Virus genome (UHGV): UHGV-0180141
Length of the DNA stretch: 20,019 nucleotides
Strand: one strand, 5' to 3'
Source of the DNA: a virus
This document shows positions 1 to 11,028 of this stretch, piece by piece. A program made the position numbers and the translations under genes. The notes beneath the pieces are model-generated. The model made no database searches, had not been told where the DNA came from, and saw only the letters and a program-made list of their open reading frames with translations. The stretch's first letter is position 1. Each line of letters opens with the position of its first letter.

Positions 1-157
1 TCCTGCCTTATGGCAAAAAAGATTCTTTGTGGTGGCGGACTGATGGAAAGACATCGGTTATTGCAGAGGCCATTCAATGAGTGGTCTCGACAATGGCTTA
101 TACCCTACACGGGATAACTTAACTGATATCCCTTTTAACGGATAAACGGAGCCAACA

Positions 158-400
158 ATGGCAGAGATTATTCCCATGACTGAAGAACAGAAATTCCAGT
201 TAGAGATTTACAAACTGGTCATGAACCAGAACGCAGCCGCAGAAGAAGCATTTCAATTCATTGGCACTGACGAACTGAAGCTTGAGCTATTCAAAATTCA
301 CTTCCAGTCAGGTGGCGCTAATTCGGATATCACGATCCGCACATTTGAAGCGGTGCGTAAATCGAAGGAAGCGTTAGACCTGTTCACCACCGGAGCATGA
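158..400 (+). CDS. hypothetical small protein (80 aa) upstream of terminase genes
   Basis: Intact ATG ORF from the track; GGAG-containing RBS about 9 nt upstream; same strand and tight packing with the late operon. No recognisable motif. Confidence 0.55.
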   Translation: MAEIIPMTEEQKFQLEIYKLVMNQNAAAEEAFQFIGTDELKLELFKIHFQSGGANSDITIRTFEAVRKSKEALDLFTTGA

Positions 401-401
401 T

Positions 402-581
402 GTGAGCCGCGTAATCAATTTGGGTAAGGAGAAGAAATTTCCAATTACTCAAGAGCTATACGAGCGGCTGGAAAGCGTCATCCATGATTACGATGGTGAA
501 ATCAGTTTATGCGAGGCGATTGGCACACTCGAATTGCTGAAGCAGTCACTGATTGAAGGCGCGAAAGAGTCCTCAACCTGA
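402..581 (+). CDS. hypothetical small protein (59 aa), GTG start, possibly translationally coupled to the upstream ORF
   Basis: Hand translation from GTG at 402 (VSRVINLGKEKKFPITQELYERLESVIHDYDGEISLCEAIGTLELLKQSLIEGAKESST) runs to TGA at 579-581; GGAG at 392-395 gives an RBS 6 nt upstream; it fills an otherwise empty 200-bp gap. Not in the ORF track. Confidence 0.3.
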   Translation: MSRVINLGKEKKFPITQELYERLESVIHDYDGEISLCEAIGTLELLKQSLIEGAKESST

Positions 582-604
582 AATAACGATTAAGTGAGAT
601 GAAT

Positions 605-1093
605 ATGGCAGCACCAAAGGGCAACCGATTTTGGGAGGCCCGCAGTAGTCATGGGCGAAACCCTAAATTCGAATCGCCTGAGGCGCTGTGGGCTGCTTGT
701 TGTGAATACTTCGAGTGGGCTGATGATAACCCACTATGGGAGGGTAAGGTATTTTCATATCAGGGAGAAATAATTAAGGCTAATCTTCCTAAGATGCGAG
801 CCATGACTATTTCAGGATTGTGTACCTTCCTTGATATCACCAGGCAAACATGGGGAACCTTCCGGTCAATGGAAGGTTTTTCTGACGTCACATCACGAGC
901 GGAAGACATCATCTACGACCAGAAATTCTCTGGCGCAGCCGCTGACCTTCTCAACGCTAACATCATCGCCCGTGATTTGGGCCTCAAAGAGCAGTCGCAA
1001 GTTGAAGACGTGACACCTGATAAGGGAGATCGCGATAAGCGGCGCTCTCGTATCAAGGAGCTATTCAACCGTGGAACTGGACGCGATTCTTGA
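605..1093 (+). CDS. terS: terminase small subunit (P22 gp3-like)
   Basis: Protein [38 protein letters not shown]... matches my recollection of P22 gp3; 162 aa from ATG 605 (alternative in-frame ATG at 599); sits directly upstream of and overlaps the large terminase, as in P22. Confidence 0.85.
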   Translation: MAAPKGNRFWEARSSHGRNPKFESPEALWAACCEYFEWADDNPLWEGKVFSYQGEIIKANLPKMRAMTISGLCTFLDITRQTWGTFRSMEGFSDVTSRAEDIIYDQKFSGAAADLLNANIIARDLGLKEQSQVEDVTPDKGDRDKRRSRIKELFNRGTGRDS

Positions 1094-2570
1094 TAACCTG
1101 AGCGACGAAGAGCAAATCGAATTGCTCGAGCTACTCGAAGAAGAAGAGAACTACCGGAACACACACCTGCTATATGAATTTACGCCATACAGCAAACAGC
1201 TTGAGTTCATCGACGCCGGGCATGACTATCCAGAGCGATGTTTTATGGCTGGTAACCAGATTGGTAAGTCATTTACTGGTGCTGCTGAAGTCGCGTTTCA
1301 CCTTACCGGGCGTTATCCGGGCACAAAAGGCTATCCTGCTGATGGTAAATATGGCGGTGAGTGGAAAGGTAAGCGTTTCTATGAGCCTGTTGTCTTCTGG
1401 ATTGGCGGCGAGACAAACGAGACGGTAACCAAAACGACTCAACGCATCCTGTGCGGTCGTATTGAAGAGAATGATGAACCGGGCTACGGTTCCATACCGA
1501 AAGAAGACATCATTAGCTGGAAGAAGTCTCCTTTCTTTCCGAACCTTGTTGATCATCTTCTGGTTAAGCATCACACGGCTGATGGCGTTGAAGATGGCAT
1601 TTCAATCTGCTACTTCAAGCCATACTCGCAAGGCCGTGCTCGCTGGCAGGGTGACACAATCCACGGCGTGTGGTTTGACGAAGAGCCACCATACAGCATT
1701 TATGGCGAAGGTCTTACCCGTACCAACAAATACGGTCAATTCTCAATTCTGACGTTTACCCCGCTGATGGGGATGTCTGACGTTGTTACCAAGTTCCTGA
1801 AGAATCCCAGCAAGTCGCAGAAAGTGGTCAACATGACCATCTATGACGCTGAGCACTACACAGACGAACAGAAAGAGCAAATCATCGCATCCTATCCAGA
1901 GCATGAGAGAGAGGCGCGTGCTCGCGGTATTCCTACGATGGGTAGCGGTCGAATCTTCCAGATACCGGAAGAGACGATTAAGTGTCAGCCGTTCGAGTGT
2001 CCTGATCACTTCTACGTAATTGGCGGGATGGATTTCGGATGGGATCACCCACAGGCGCAAGTTCAGCTTTGGTGGGATAAGGACGCAGACACAATCTACG
2101 TTTCACGCGTGTGGAAGGCGAAAGAAAAAACAGCCGTTCAGGCATGGGGAGCCGTTAAATCATGGGCGCATAAAGTGCCAACCGCATGGCCTCATGACGG
2201 AAACCAGCATGAGAAGGGCGGCGGTGAGCAGCTCAAAGGGCAGTATGCCGACGCTGGTTTTATGATGTTGCAGGAGCATGCGACATGGCCTGATGGCGGT
2301 AACGCTGTGGAGCCTGGCATCACTGAATTGCGCGACATGATGCTCGATGGTCGCTTCAAAGTATTCAACACCTGTGAGCCATTCTTTGAGGAGTTCCGCC
2401 TCTATCACCGTGATGAAAACGGGAAAATCGTCAAGCTTAACGACGACGTTCTCTCAGCCGTTCGCTATGCATACATGATGCGCCGCTTCGCAAAAATGAT
2501 GCGCGACATCAAAAAACCAAAAGAGAAAAAGATACCAGCCCCAATCAGGCCCATCGCACGGAGAACTTAA
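1071..2570 (+). CDS. terL: terminase large subunit (P22 gp2-like), GTG start
   Basis: 499 aa, the P22 gp2 length; Walker-A-like GNQIGKS near the N-terminus; AAGGAG upstream; start codon is GTG at 1071, overlapping the terS 3' end. Confidence 0.93.
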   Translation: MELDAILDNLSDEEQIELLELLEEEENYRNTHLLYEFTPYSKQLEFIDAGHDYPERCFMAGNQIGKSFTGAAEVAFHLTGRYPGTKGYPADGKYGGEWKGKRFYEPVVFWIGGETNETVTKTTQRILCGRIEENDEPGYGSIPKEDIISWKKSPFFPNLVDHLLVKHHTADGVEDGISICYFKPYSQGRARWQGDTIHGVWFDEEPPYSIYGEGLTRTNKYGQFSILTFTPLMGMSDVVTKFLKNPSKSQKVVNMTIYDAEHYTDEQKEQIIASYPEHEREARARGIPTMGSGRIFQIPEETIKCQPFECPDHFYVIGGMDFGWDHPQAQVQLWWDKDADTIYVSRVWKAKEKTAVQAWGAVKSWAHKVPTAWPHDGNQHEKGGGEQLKGQYADAGFMMLQEHATWPDGGNAVEPGITELRDMMLDGRFKVFNTCEPFFEEFRLYHRDENGKIVKLNDDVLSAVRYAYMMRRFAKMMRDIKKPKEKKIPAPIRPIARRT

Positions 2571-4736
2571 ATGGCCGACGAAAACAGACTCAATTCCATT
2601 CTGTGTAAGTTTGACGCAGACTGGATGGCGAGCGATGAAGCCAGAACCGAGGCGACAAATGACCTGTATTTTAGCCGAGTGTCGCAATGGGATGACTGGC
2701 TATCAAACTACACTACCCTGCAATATCGCGGACAATTCGATGTTGTTCGCCCGGTGGTCAGGAAACTGGTCGCAGAGATGCGCAGGAACCCTATCGACGT
2801 TCTCTTCCGACCCAAAGACGGCGCTAATCCTGATGCTGCCGATGTGCTGATGGGGATGTATCGTACTGATATGCGCCATAACACGGCAAAAATTGCCGTT
2901 AACGTTGGCGTTCGTGAGCAGATAGAGTCCGGCGTTGGTGCATGGCGTCTGGTCACGCAGTACGAAGACAACGATCCAACAAGCAACAATCAGGTAATTC
3001 GACGCCTGCCAATTCATGAAGCCTGCTCACACGTCATATGGGACGCCAACAGCAAGCAGATGGATAAGAGCGACGCTAAGCACTGCACGGTGATTAACGC
3101 TTTGTCACGCAATGGCTGGAAAGAGTTCGCAGAGGATTACGGTATTGATCCGGATACCTTGCCATCTTTCCAGAATCCGAACGATACATGGCTGTTTCCG
3201 TGGGTATCGAATGATGTCGTCTACGTCGCTGAGTATTACGAGGTCGAAGAGAAGAAAGAGAAAGTCTTCATCTACCGCGACCCACTGACAGGTGAGCCAG
3301 TCAGCTATTACCAGCAGGATATCAAAGACGTCATCGACGACCTGGCTAATCGTGGATTCATTAAGGTAGCAGAGCGTAAGGTGAAGCGTCGGCGTGTGTA
3401 TAAGTCGATTATCACCTGCACGCAGATACTGAAAGACCGCGAGAAGATAGCCGGAGAGCATATTCCAATCGTTCCAGTGTATGGCGAATGGTCATTCGCT
3501 GGTGACAAGGAGTGCTACGAAGGAGTGGTAAGGCTGACGAAAGACGGTCAACGCCTTCGTAACATGATCATGTCGTTCAACGCCGATATTGTTGCTCGTT
3601 CACCGAAGAAGAAACCGACCTTCTTCCCTGAGCAAATCGAAGGCTACGAATACATGTACGGTGGAAATGATGACTATCCGTACTATCTGCAGAACAGGAC
3701 CGATGAAAACGGTAACGACCTGCCGATTGGTCCAATCTCCTACATGGAAAACCCTGAAGTGCCGCAAGCCAACGCTTACATGCTTGAGGCTGCCACCAAC
3801 GCAGTGAAAGAGGTGGCTAGTCTTGGTGTGGATGCGCAGGCAGCAAACTCTCAGGTCGCTTTCGATACCGTCAATCAACTGAACATGCGGGCAGACCTTG
3901 AGACATACGTGTTTCAGGATAACCTGGCTACCGCAATGCGACGTGATGGCGAGATTTATGCCTCAATGGTCAATGATATTTATGACGTTCCTCGTCATGT
4001 AACGCTGACACTTGAAGATGGAAGCGAGAAAGACGTTCAACTCTATGCGCAAGTTGTCGATTACCAGTCCGGCAATGTGGTCACACTCAACGACATTCGC
4101 GGTCGCTATGAGTGCTATACAGACGTAGGACCATCCTTCCAGAGTATGAAGGAACAGAACCGCGCAGAGATTCAGGAGTTGCTCACCAAGGTTCCGCAAG
4201 GTACTCCAGAGTTCCAGATGCTGATGCTGCAATACTTCACGCTGCTTGACGGTAAAGGCGTCGAGATGATGCGAGAGTACGCGAACAAGCAACTGGTGAT
4301 GATGGGGCTGAAGAAGCCAGAAACACCTGAAGAGATGGAGATGGTACAGCAGGCTCAACAGCAGCCGCAGCAGCCATCAGCAGAGCAAATTCAGGCGCAG
4401 GGTATCCTTCTGCAAGGTCAGGCTGAATTGCTCAAGGCAGAGAACCAACAGGCGCAGATTCAGGTTGAAGCCGCCAAGGTTGAAGCCCAAAACCAACTCA
4501 ACGCCGCGAAGATTGCAGAAATCTTCAACAATATGGACCTCGACAAGCAGGCAGAACTGCGTGAGTACCTCAAGCTCGTAGGTCAATTCCAGCAACAGCG
4601 CAGCAAGGACGCTCGTGCTAACGCTGAGCTGCTTCTTAAAGATGCAGACCAGACTCATTCACAACGCATGGATTTCGCGAATCTTATGCGTCAAGTTCAA
4701 ATCCCCTCCGGCGGAGTAGCCGAGACACCTCAATAA
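2571..4736 (+). CDS. portal protein (P22 gp1-like)
   Basis: 721 aa (P22 portal is about 725); ATG abuts the terL stop (TAAATG); long Q/A/E-rich helical C-terminus consistent with the P22 portal barrel; position after terL. Confidence 0.93.
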   Translation: MADENRLNSILCKFDADWMASDEARTEATNDLYFSRVSQWDDWLSNYTTLQYRGQFDVVRPVVRKLVAEMRRNPIDVLFRPKDGANPDAADVLMGMYRTDMRHNTAKIAVNVGVREQIESGVGAWRLVTQYEDNDPTSNNQVIRRLPIHEACSHVIWDANSKQMDKSDAKHCTVINALSRNGWKEFAEDYGIDPDTLPSFQNPNDTWLFPWVSNDVVYVAEYYEVEEKKEKVFIYRDPLTGEPVSYYQQDIKDVIDDLANRGFIKVAERKVKRRRVYKSIITCTQILKDREKIAGEHIPIVPVYGEWSFAGDKECYEGVVRLTKDGQRLRNMIMSFNADIVARSPKKKPTFFPEQIEGYEYMYGGNDDYPYYLQNRTDENGNDLPIGPISYMENPEVPQANAYMLEAATNAVKEVASLGVDAQAANSQVAFDTVNQLNMRADLETYVFQDNLATAMRRDGEIYASMVNDIYDVPRHVTLTLEDGSEKDVQLYAQVVDYQSGNVVTLNDIRGRYECYTDVGPSFQSMKEQNRAEIQELLTKVPQGTPEFQMLMLQYFTLLDGKGVEMMREYANKQLVMMGLKKPETPEEMEMVQQAQQQPQQPSAEQIQAQGILLQGQAELLKAENQQAQIQVEAAKVEAQNQLNAAKIAEIFNNMDLDKQAELREYLKLVGQFQQQRSKDARANAELLLKDADQTHSQRMDFANLMRQVQIPSGGVAETPQ

Positions 4737-4749
4737 GAGAGAGTTAATC

Positions 4750-5661
4750 ATGGACCAAACCACCGACATTCAGGCTTCTGAAGAATTAACCCTGCCCGGC
4801 AATCATGCAGCGGCATCTGCTGATGGCTTAGTTGTCGATAATGCCAACGACAACGCAGGTCAGGAAGAAGGCTTCGAGATTGTCCTGAAAGACGATGAGA
4901 AACCAAAACAAGACCCGGCAACTAATGCTGAATTTGCCCGTCGCCGCATCGAACGCAAACGCCAGCGTGAGCTTGAGCAGCAGATGGAAGCGGTTAAGCG
5001 TGGAGAATTGCCGGAGCACCTGCGGGTGAACCCTGAGTTACCGAAACAACCAGACCCTAACGATTATCTTTCCGAAGATGCACTGGCTAAGTACGACTAT
5101 GACCAGAGCCGCGCACTGGCTGCCTTCCAGCAGGCAAATAGTGAATGGCAGATCAAGGCTATGGACGCACGAAGCCAGGCTGTCGCCGAGCAGGGTCGCA
5201 AAACTCAGGAGTTCACCCAGCAATCAGCGCAATACGTCGAGGCAGCCCGTAAGCACTACGACGCAGCGGAAAAGCTCAATATCCCTGACTATCAGGAGAA
5301 AGAGGATGCATTCATGCAACTGGTGCCGCCAGCAGTCGGTGCCGACATCATGCGCCTCTTCCCGGAGAAATCCGCCGCTCTCATGTATCACCTTGGTGCT
5401 AATCCTGAGAAAACACGCCAGTTGCTGGCGATGGACGGGCAATCCGCGCTGATTGAACTCACTCGACTGTCAGAACGTTTAACTCTCAAGCCTCGAGCCA
5501 AGCATGTTTCAGAAGCCCCGTTACCTGATGAGCCAATTCAGGGACACGCTGTTGCTGCAAATATCTCTGCGATTGAAAAGCAGATGGAAGCGGCAGCAAA
5601 CAAAGGGGATGTAGAGACATACCGCAAGCTCAAGGCGCAACTGAATAAAGGAATTCGATAA
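4750..5661 (+). CDS. scaffolding protein (P22 gp8-like)
   Basis: 303 aa, the P22 gp8 length; highly charged, helical, Ala/Glu/Lys/Gln-rich; sits between portal and coat. Confidence 0.88.
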   Translation: MDQTTDIQASEELTLPGNHAAASADGLVVDNANDNAGQEEGFEIVLKDDEKPKQDPATNAEFARRRIERKRQRELEQQMEAVKRGELPEHLRVNPELPKQPDPNDYLSEDALAKYDYDQSRALAAFQQANSEWQIKAMDARSQAVAEQGRKTQEFTQQSAQYVEAARKHYDAAEKLNIPDYQEKEDAFMQLVPPAVGADIMRLFPEKSAALMYHLGANPEKTRQLLAMDGQSALIELTRLSERLTLKPRAKHVSEAPLPDEPIQGHAVAANISAIEKQMEAAANKGDVETYRKLKAQLNKGIR

Positions 5662-6183
5662 TTATTTCGATATCGTGATGTTGTTTTCCTCGTCAAACTT
5701 TCTGATTACTTCTTTCGCCTCTTCGAATGAAGAACATACTTTTTGCACTCTTGCATTAAGCAGTCGCTTATGAGCGATCCATCTTTTCCGCGTGTTGCAA
5801 AAGTAAACTCCAGATATTCCGCTGGAGTTATTTTTAGATAGTTTGATTCTATTCCTTTGGTTTGCTGATTTTTTCACAAGACGAAGATTTTCAATTCTGT
5901 TGTCGTGGCGAATCCCATTTATATGGTCAATTTCCATGCCTTCTGGAATATCTCCGTTAAACATTACCCATACGATGCGGTGTGCTAGCCACTTAATGCC
6001 GTTAATTCTTATGCGGATATATCCATTGCTTTCTAAAAGACCAGCAACTTTCCCAGCGTGTTTTGCATTCCAAACGTTGTGATAGTTGCGATTCTTTTTG
6101 TTGTTGAAAAATTCAGAGCTTCTGGCTTTCCAAACCAAAGAACCATCGCGGTATTCGAAGTATTCATTCAGTTCCATGCTCAT
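5662..6183 (-). CDS. HNH homing endonuclease (HNH_3 domain plus C-terminal AP2-like DNA-binding domain)
   Basis: Protein contains NGYIRIRINGIKWLAHRIVW...IDHINGIRHDNRIENLRLV (HNH_3-type motif with His/Asn catalytic residues) followed by SGISGVYFCNTRKRWIAHK (AP2-like). Antisense to the late operon, AT-rich relative to its flanks, and its stop abuts the scaffold stop. Confidence 0.85.
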   Translation of the reverse strand: MSMELNEYFEYRDGSLVWKARSSEFFNNKKNRNYHNVWNAKHAGKVAGLLESNGYIRIRINGIKWLAHRIVWVMFNGDIPEGMEIDHINGIRHDNRIENLRLVKKSANQRNRIKLSKNNSSGISGVYFCNTRKRWIAHKRLLNARVQKVCSSFEEAKEVIRKFDEENNITISK

Positions 6184-6250
6184 AACCCTAATGCGCTATA
6201 TGTTGATATAACAATAGTATAGCACATAAAGAAAGTAAGGTATTCAATAT

Positions 6251-7546
6251 ATGACTCTCAAAGAAGGGCAGTTAGTTACTTACGCTATCGATGAAATCAT
6301 CGAAACCGTCCAGAACTTGACGCCAATGGCGTCCAAAGTGACAAAATACACCCCCCCGGCAGAATCCATGCAACGTTCAAGCAACACCGTGTGGATGCCT
6401 GTTGAGCAGGAAGCGCCAACTCAGACTGGCTGGGATTTAACTGGCAACGCTACCGGGATTCTGGAACTCTCCGTGAAATGCAACATGGGTGATCCGGATA
6501 ACGATTTCTTCGAGCTTCGTGCAGATGACCTGCGTGATGAGCGTTCTTACCGTCGCCGCATCCAGGCATCAGCCAAAAAACTGGCGAATAACATTGAGTC
6601 AGCGATTGCCAAACAGGCAACTGAAATGGGCTCGCTTGTTGTTCACGATACCCGCGCAATTGGTCCATCTACTGGCCTGTCTGGCTGGGATTTTGTGTCT
6701 GATGCAGAGCGCCTGATGTTCTCCCGTGAGCTAAACCGCGATATGGGCATCAGTTACTTCCTGAACCCTGACGATTACCGCAAAGCAGGCCGCAACCTGG
6801 TAGATGGTGACATCTTTGGGCGCGTTCCTGAAGAAGCGTATCGCAACGGTACTATTCAGCGTCAGATTGCTGGCTTTGATGAAATTCTTCGCTCACCGAA
6901 ACTTCCGGCAGTTACCAAGTCAACCGCTACTGGTGTAACTGTTTCTGGTGCGCAGAAGTTTAAGCCGCAGGCATACACCCTTGATACCGATGGTAACAAA
7001 GAGAACGTCGACAACCGTGTTGCAACGGTGACCGTATCCTCCACCACCGGATTTAAGCGCGGCGACAAAATCAGCTTCACTGGCGTGAAATTCCTGTCTC
7101 AGATGGCGAAGAACGTGCTGACTGATGACGCGACTTTCTCAATCACCCGTGTGATCGATGGTACTCACATCGAAATCACGCCGAAGCCTATTGCGCTGGA
7201 TGACGCGTCACTGACAAAAGAAGAGAAGGCTTACGCTAACGTAAACACCTCTCTTGCTGATACCACTCCGGTAAACGTTCTGAACGTGGCAACAACCACC
7301 GCTAACGTGTTCTGGGCTGATGACTCAATCCGTCTGCTGTCTCAGCCGATCCCGGTAACCCATGAGCTGTTTGCTGGCATGAAAACGTCTTCCTTCAGCA
7401 TTCCTGGTATTGGTGTTAACGGCATCTTCGCAACGCAGGGTGATATCAACACTCTGTCTGGTAAGTGCCGTATTGCTGTGTGGTATTCAGCATGTGCTGT
7501 ACGACCAGAGGCAATTGGTGTTGGTCTGCCTAACCAGACCGCGTGA
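6251..7546 (+). CDS. major capsid (coat) protein (P22 gp5-like)
   Basis: 431 aa (P22 coat is 430); conserved blocks recognisable from P22 coat ([52 protein letters not shown]). Confidence 0.95.
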   Translation: MTLKEGQLVTYAIDEIIETVQNLTPMASKVTKYTPPAESMQRSSNTVWMPVEQEAPTQTGWDLTGNATGILELSVKCNMGDPDNDFFELRADDLRDERSYRRRIQASAKKLANNIESAIAKQATEMGSLVVHDTRAIGPSTGLSGWDFVSDAERLMFSRELNRDMGISYFLNPDDYRKAGRNLVDGDIFGRVPEEAYRNGTIQRQIAGFDEILRSPKLPAVTKSTATGVTVSGAQKFKPQAYTLDTDGNKENVDNRVATVTVSSTTGFKRGDKISFTGVKFLSQMAKNVLTDDATFSITRVIDGTHIEITPKPIALDDASLTKEEKAYANVNTSLADTTPVNVLNVATTTANVFWADDSIRLLSQPIPVTHELFAGMKTSSFSIPGIGVNGIFATQGDINTLSGKCRIAVWYSACAVRPEAIGVGLPNQTA

Positions 7547-7550
7547 TAAC

Positions 7551-7575
7551 CAGAGGGAGCTTAGGCTCCCTTTTT
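7551..7575 (+). terminator. putative rho-independent terminator/attenuator after the coat gene
   Basis: Hairpin GGGAGC-ttag-GCTCCC at 7553-7568 followed by TTTTTT, directly after the coat stop. Confidence 0.5.
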
Positions 7576-7590
7576 TATCTGGAGACAAGC

Positions 7591-7827
7591 ATGACACACA
7601 TGATCTTTCGCCATGGCAACATGAAGAAGTGGAAAGGCGTTGGATACGACTTTGAAATCGTGAAAGCCGAAGAGCTTCAGGAATATCTGGATGCTGGCTG
7701 GTTTGCACATCCTGATGATCTTCTGAAGGATGTTGCAGAGCCAGAGCCAGAGCAAGAAGAAAAGCAGCGTAAAAAGCCTGATCGAAAACCTAAGGCGGCA
7801 TCAGATGAACCTGACAACGAAGGGTGA
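7591..7827 (+). CDS. hypothetical small acidic protein (78 aa) between coat and gp4-like gene
   Basis: ATG at 7591 preceded by GGAGACAAGC; the track ORF 7543..7827 begins inside the terminator, so the internal ATG was chosen. Overlaps the gp4 start by about 23 nt. Sf6-type genomes carry a small gene at this position (from memory, not verified). Confidence 0.45.
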   Translation: MTHMIFRHGNMKKWKGVGYDFEIVKAEELQEYLDAGWFAHPDDLLKDVAEPEPEQEEKQRKKPDRKPKAASDEPDNEG

Positions 7828-8305
7828 TTTAGTCCTTGCGGCATTACGTAAGCTCGGTGTGGCATCAAATGCCACGTTAACTGATGTCGAACCGCAGTCT
7901 ATGGAAGACGGCGTCAACGACCTTGAAATGATGATGGCTGAATGGCTTGGCGGTGATGCGTCACCTGGGATCAACGTTGGCTACATTTTTGCTGATGCAG
8001 ATGTCGCTCCGGATCCGGGCGATGAGCACGGTTTATCAAATAACGCTATCAATGCCGTCATTTTCAACCTTGCCTGCCGCATTGCTCCGGATTATGCGCT
8101 GGAAGCGTCAGCAAAACTTATAACCACTGCCAGATACGGGAAAGAGCGACTCGTCAAACTGTCTGCAATGGACAGAGCAAAAGCCGCTAAATGTAAGTCC
8201 GGTTATCCAAACCGTATGCCTGTTGGCAGTGGAAACCAGTTGGCGAAGTGGAACGGTTGGAATTACTTCCACCGAAAGGAGCCTTGCGATAATGGGAGCG
8301 AATAA
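7805..8305 (+). CDS. head-completion / tail accessory protein (P22 gp4-like)
   Basis: 166 aa from ATG 7805; [41 protein letters not shown]... and ...[14 protein letters not shown]... resemble P22 gp4 as I recall it; the track ORF begins upstream at 7730 but homology begins at 7805. Confidence 0.85.
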   Translation: MNLTTKGDLVLAALRKLGVASNATLTDVEPQSMEDGVNDLEMMMAEWLGGDASPGINVGYIFADADVAPDPGDEHGLSNNAINAVIFNLACRIAPDYALEASAKLITTARYGKERLVKLSAMDRAKAAKCKSGYPNRMPVGSGNQLAKWNGWNYFHRKEPCDNGSE

Positions 8306-9723
8306 TGCCGATTCAGCAACTTCCGCTTATGAAAGGTGTCGGCAAAGACTTTAGAAACGCTGACTATATCGACTATCTACCAGTGAATATGTTGGCTACA
8401 CCCAAAGAAATCCTCAACAGCAGCGGATATCTTCGCTCATTCCCGGGCATTGCCAAACGTTCTGATGTGAACGGTATATCGCGCGGCGTCGAGTACAACA
8501 TGGCGCAGAGTGCTGTATATCGCGTGTGTGGGGGCAAGCTGTATAAGGGCGAAAGTGAGGTCGGTGATGTTGCCGGAAGTGGTCGCGTATCAATGGCGCA
8601 TGGTCGAACATCACAGGCGGTAGGCGTTAACGGGCAACTGGTCGAGTATCGCTATGATGGCACGGTTAAAACCGTCTCAAACTGGCCTGCGGACAGCGGA
8701 TTCACGCAGTATGAGTTAGGCTCAGTCCGCGACATTACGCGCTTACGTGGGCGTTATGCGTGGTCAAAAGACGGCACTGATTCATGGTTCATCACTGACC
8801 TTGAAGACGAATCGCATCCTGACCGATACAGCGCACAATATCGCGCAGAGTCGCAGCCTGACGGCATCATCGGCATAGGTACATGGCGAGACTTCATAGT
8901 CTGCTTTGGTTCGTCGACGATTGAATATTTCTCCCTGACAGGTGCAACCACCGTTGGTGCCGCTTTGTATGTCGCACAGCCATCACTGATGGTGCAGAAA
9001 GGTATTGCCGGAACTTACTGCAAAACGCCGTTTGCTGATTCCTATGCGTTTATCAGCAATCCGGCAACAGGTGCGCCGTCTGTGTATGTCATCGGTTCCG
9101 GTCAGGTGTCACCAATCGCCAGCGCGAGCATTGAGAAAATCCTCCGCTCCTACACTGCTGATGAACTGGCTGATGGCGTGATGGAATCGTTGCGGTTTGA
9201 TGCGCATGATTTGCTGATTATCCATCTTCCGCGCCATGTTCTCGTGTACGACGCATCTTCAAGTGCCAATGGTCCGCAATGGTGCGTGTTGAAAACTGGC
9301 TTATATGATGATGTGTACCGCGCTATCGACTTCATTTACGAAGGCAATCAGATAACGTGCGGCGATAAGCTGGAGTCCGTGACCGGGAAATTGCAATTCG
9401 ATATCAGTAGCCAGTACGACAAGCAACAGGAACACCTGCTGTTTACTCCACTGTTCAAAGCGGATAACGCCAGAGTTTTCGACCTTGAGGTTGAATCGTC
9501 AACTGGCGTTGCGCAGTACGCCGACCGCCTGTTCCTCTCAGCAACCACTGACGGCATCAATTACGGGCGTGAGCAGATGATTGAGCAGAATGAACCGTTC
9601 GTTTACGACAAACGCGTTTTGTGGAAGCGAGTTGGGCGCATCAGGAAAAATGTCGGCTTCAAATTGCGCGTTATTACGAAGTCACCAGTCACTCTGTCTG
9701 GCTGCCAGATAAGGATTGAGTAA
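8305..9723 (+). CDS. tail accessory / head-completion protein (P22 gp10-like)
   Basis: 472 aa, the P22 gp10 length; start overlaps the gp4 stop (TAATG); conserved gene order. Confidence 0.88.
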   Translation: MPIQQLPLMKGVGKDFRNADYIDYLPVNMLATPKEILNSSGYLRSFPGIAKRSDVNGISRGVEYNMAQSAVYRVCGGKLYKGESEVGDVAGSGRVSMAHGRTSQAVGVNGQLVEYRYDGTVKTVSNWPADSGFTQYELGSVRDITRLRGRYAWSKDGTDSWFITDLEDESHPDRYSAQYRAESQPDGIIGIGTWRDFIVCFGSSTIEYFSLTGATTVGAALYVAQPSLMVQKGIAGTYCKTPFADSYAFISNPATGAPSVYVIGSGQVSPIASASIEKILRSYTADELADGVMESLRFDAHDLLIIHLPRHVLVYDASSSANGPQWCVLKTGLYDDVYRAIDFIYEGNQITCGDKLESVTGKLQFDISSQYDKQQEHLLFTPLFKADNARVFDLEVESSTGVAQYADRLFLSATTDGINYGREQMIEQNEPFVYDKRVLWKRVGRIRKNVGFKLRVITKSPVTLSGCQIRIE

Positions 9724-10571
9724 TGGCGGATTCGAATCTCAATGTGCCGGTAATCATCCAAGCTACGCGGCTCGATACATCAGTTCTTCCACGCAATATC
9801 TTCTCGCAGTCGTATCTGCTTTACGTTATCGCACAGGGTACAGATGTTGGTAACGTGGCTAACAAGGCCAACGAGGCCGGACAGGGCGCTTATGATGCAC
9901 AGGTCAGGAACGATGAGCAGGATGTGATTCTTGTCGATCACGAAATTCGACTGGCATCAGCTGAAGCTAAGATTCAGGACCACGAAACAAGGATCACTAA
10001 CGCAGAAGCGGCGATAGTCGGCCTTGACTCACGATTAACGACAGCAGAAAACGATATTGATTACCTGACGGATGAAGTTGTCGCCATTCAAAACACGCTT
10101 TCAGACCATGAAACGCGCATTGATGCTCTGGAGTATGCCACTACTCGCAAAAAGTCAGAGGTTGTTTACTCTGGCGTATCTGTAACCATCCCGACAGCGC
10201 CGACCAACCTTGTTAGCCTGCTGAAAACGCTCACGCCGTCATCCGGGACGTTGGCACCATTCTTCGACACTGTTAACAACAAGATGGTTGTGTTCAACGA
10301 GAACAAAACCTTGTTCTTCAAGCTGTCGATCGTCGGGACGTGGCCCAGCGGAACCGCCAACAGGTCAATGCAGCTAACCTTTTCCGGCTCTGTTCCTGAC
10401 ACACTGGTAAGCAGTCGCAACTCGGCGACAACGACCGATAACATCCTGTTAGCTACGTTTTTCAGCGTGGATAAAGACGGCTTTCTTGCCGCAAATGGCA
10501 GTACGTTAACCATCCAGTCAAATGGTGCGGCGTTTACTGCCACAACCATCAAGATAATCGCGGAGCAGTAA
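9723..10571 (+). CDS. tail needle / cell-puncturing protein (P22 gp26-like N-terminus with an Sf6/HK620-type C-terminal knob)
   Basis: N-terminus [43 protein letters not shown]...[18 protein letters not shown] matches P22 gp26 as recalled; heptad-like HETRI.../AENDI... repeats; 282 aa rather than P22's 233, with a beta-rich C-terminal roughly 120 aa. Confidence 0.88.
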   Translation: MADSNLNVPVIIQATRLDTSVLPRNIFSQSYLLYVIAQGTDVGNVANKANEAGQGAYDAQVRNDEQDVILVDHEIRLASAEAKIQDHETRITNAEAAIVGLDSRLTTAENDIDYLTDEVVAIQNTLSDHETRIDALEYATTRKKSEVVYSGVSVTIPTAPTNLVSLLKTLTPSSGTLAPFFDTVNNKMVVFNENKTLFFKLSIVGTWPSGTANRSMQLTFSGSVPDTLVSSRNSATTTDNILLATFFSVDKDGFLAANGSTLTIQSNGAAFTATTIKIIAEQ

Positions 10572-11026
10572 TGATTCAGTTCAAACCAACGCGAAACATC
10601 GACCTGATCGAAGCAGTCGGAAATCACCCTGACATTATTGCCGGGAGCAACAACGGTGATGGATACGACTACAAACCTGATTGCCGTTACTTTGAGGTGA
10701 ACGTGCACGGGCAGTTCGGCGGCATTGTTTACTATCAGGAGATTCAGCCGCTTACATTCGATTGCCACGCCATGTACCTGCCAGAGATTCGCGGATTCAG
10801 CAAGGAAATCGGGCTGGCGTTCTGGCGATACATTCTGACTAACACCACCGTTCAGTGCGTCACATCGTTCGCTGCACGCAAATTCCGCCACGGTCAGATG
10901 TATTGCGCGATGATTGGCCTTAAGCGTGTAGGAACCATCAAGAAATACTTCAAAGGCGTGGATGACGTGACGTTTTACAGCGCCACACGCGAAGAACTAA
11001 TCGACTTCCTGAATCACGGGAGATAG
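10571..11026 (+). CDS. virion assembly protein (P22 gp14-like)
   Basis: 151 aa; positional equivalent of P22 gene 14 between needle and ejection-protein genes; start overlaps the needle stop. Confidence 0.7.
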   Translation: MIQFKPTRNIDLIEAVGNHPDIIAGSNNGDGYDYKPDCRYFEVNVHGQFGGIVYYQEIQPLTFDCHAMYLPEIRGFSKEIGLAFWRYILTNTTVQCVTSFAARKFRHGQMYCAMIGLKRVGTIKKYFKGVDDVTFYSATREELIDFLNHGR

Positions 11027-11028
11027 CC

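Noticed and set aside
1-117. Possible 3' end of an upstream gene or a 36-aa ORF at the window edge
   Set aside because: All three forward frames hit stops within the first 117 nt and none gives a recognisable C-terminus; too short and truncated to call.
599-604. Upstream in-frame ATG at 599 as the terS start (164 aa)
   Set aside because: ATG at 605 gives the 162-aa length and MAAPKGN N-terminus I recall for P22 gp3, with better RBS spacing; 599 remains possible.
831-1574. Several overlapping short ORFs in alternative frames within terS/terL (831..1013+, 913..1164-, 1174..1428+, 1269..1574-)
   Set aside because: Nested inside or antisense to the terminase genes, whose reading frames give recognisable terminase proteins; the alternatives look like frame artefacts.
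2611-4658. Multiple nested or antisense ORFs within the portal gene (e.g. 2611..2850+, 2703..3017-, 3105..3461-, 3963..4358-, 4377..4658-)
   Set aside because: The portal frame is continuous at 721 aa with expected length and composition; the embedded ORFs lack start signals and show biased, low-complexity translations.
10166-10891. Long minus-strand ORF (241 aa) antisense to the tail-needle and gp14-like genes
   Set aside because: Entirely embedded antisense within two conserved, translationally coupled plus-strand structural genes; no RBS or recognisable motif; most likely a chance open frame.
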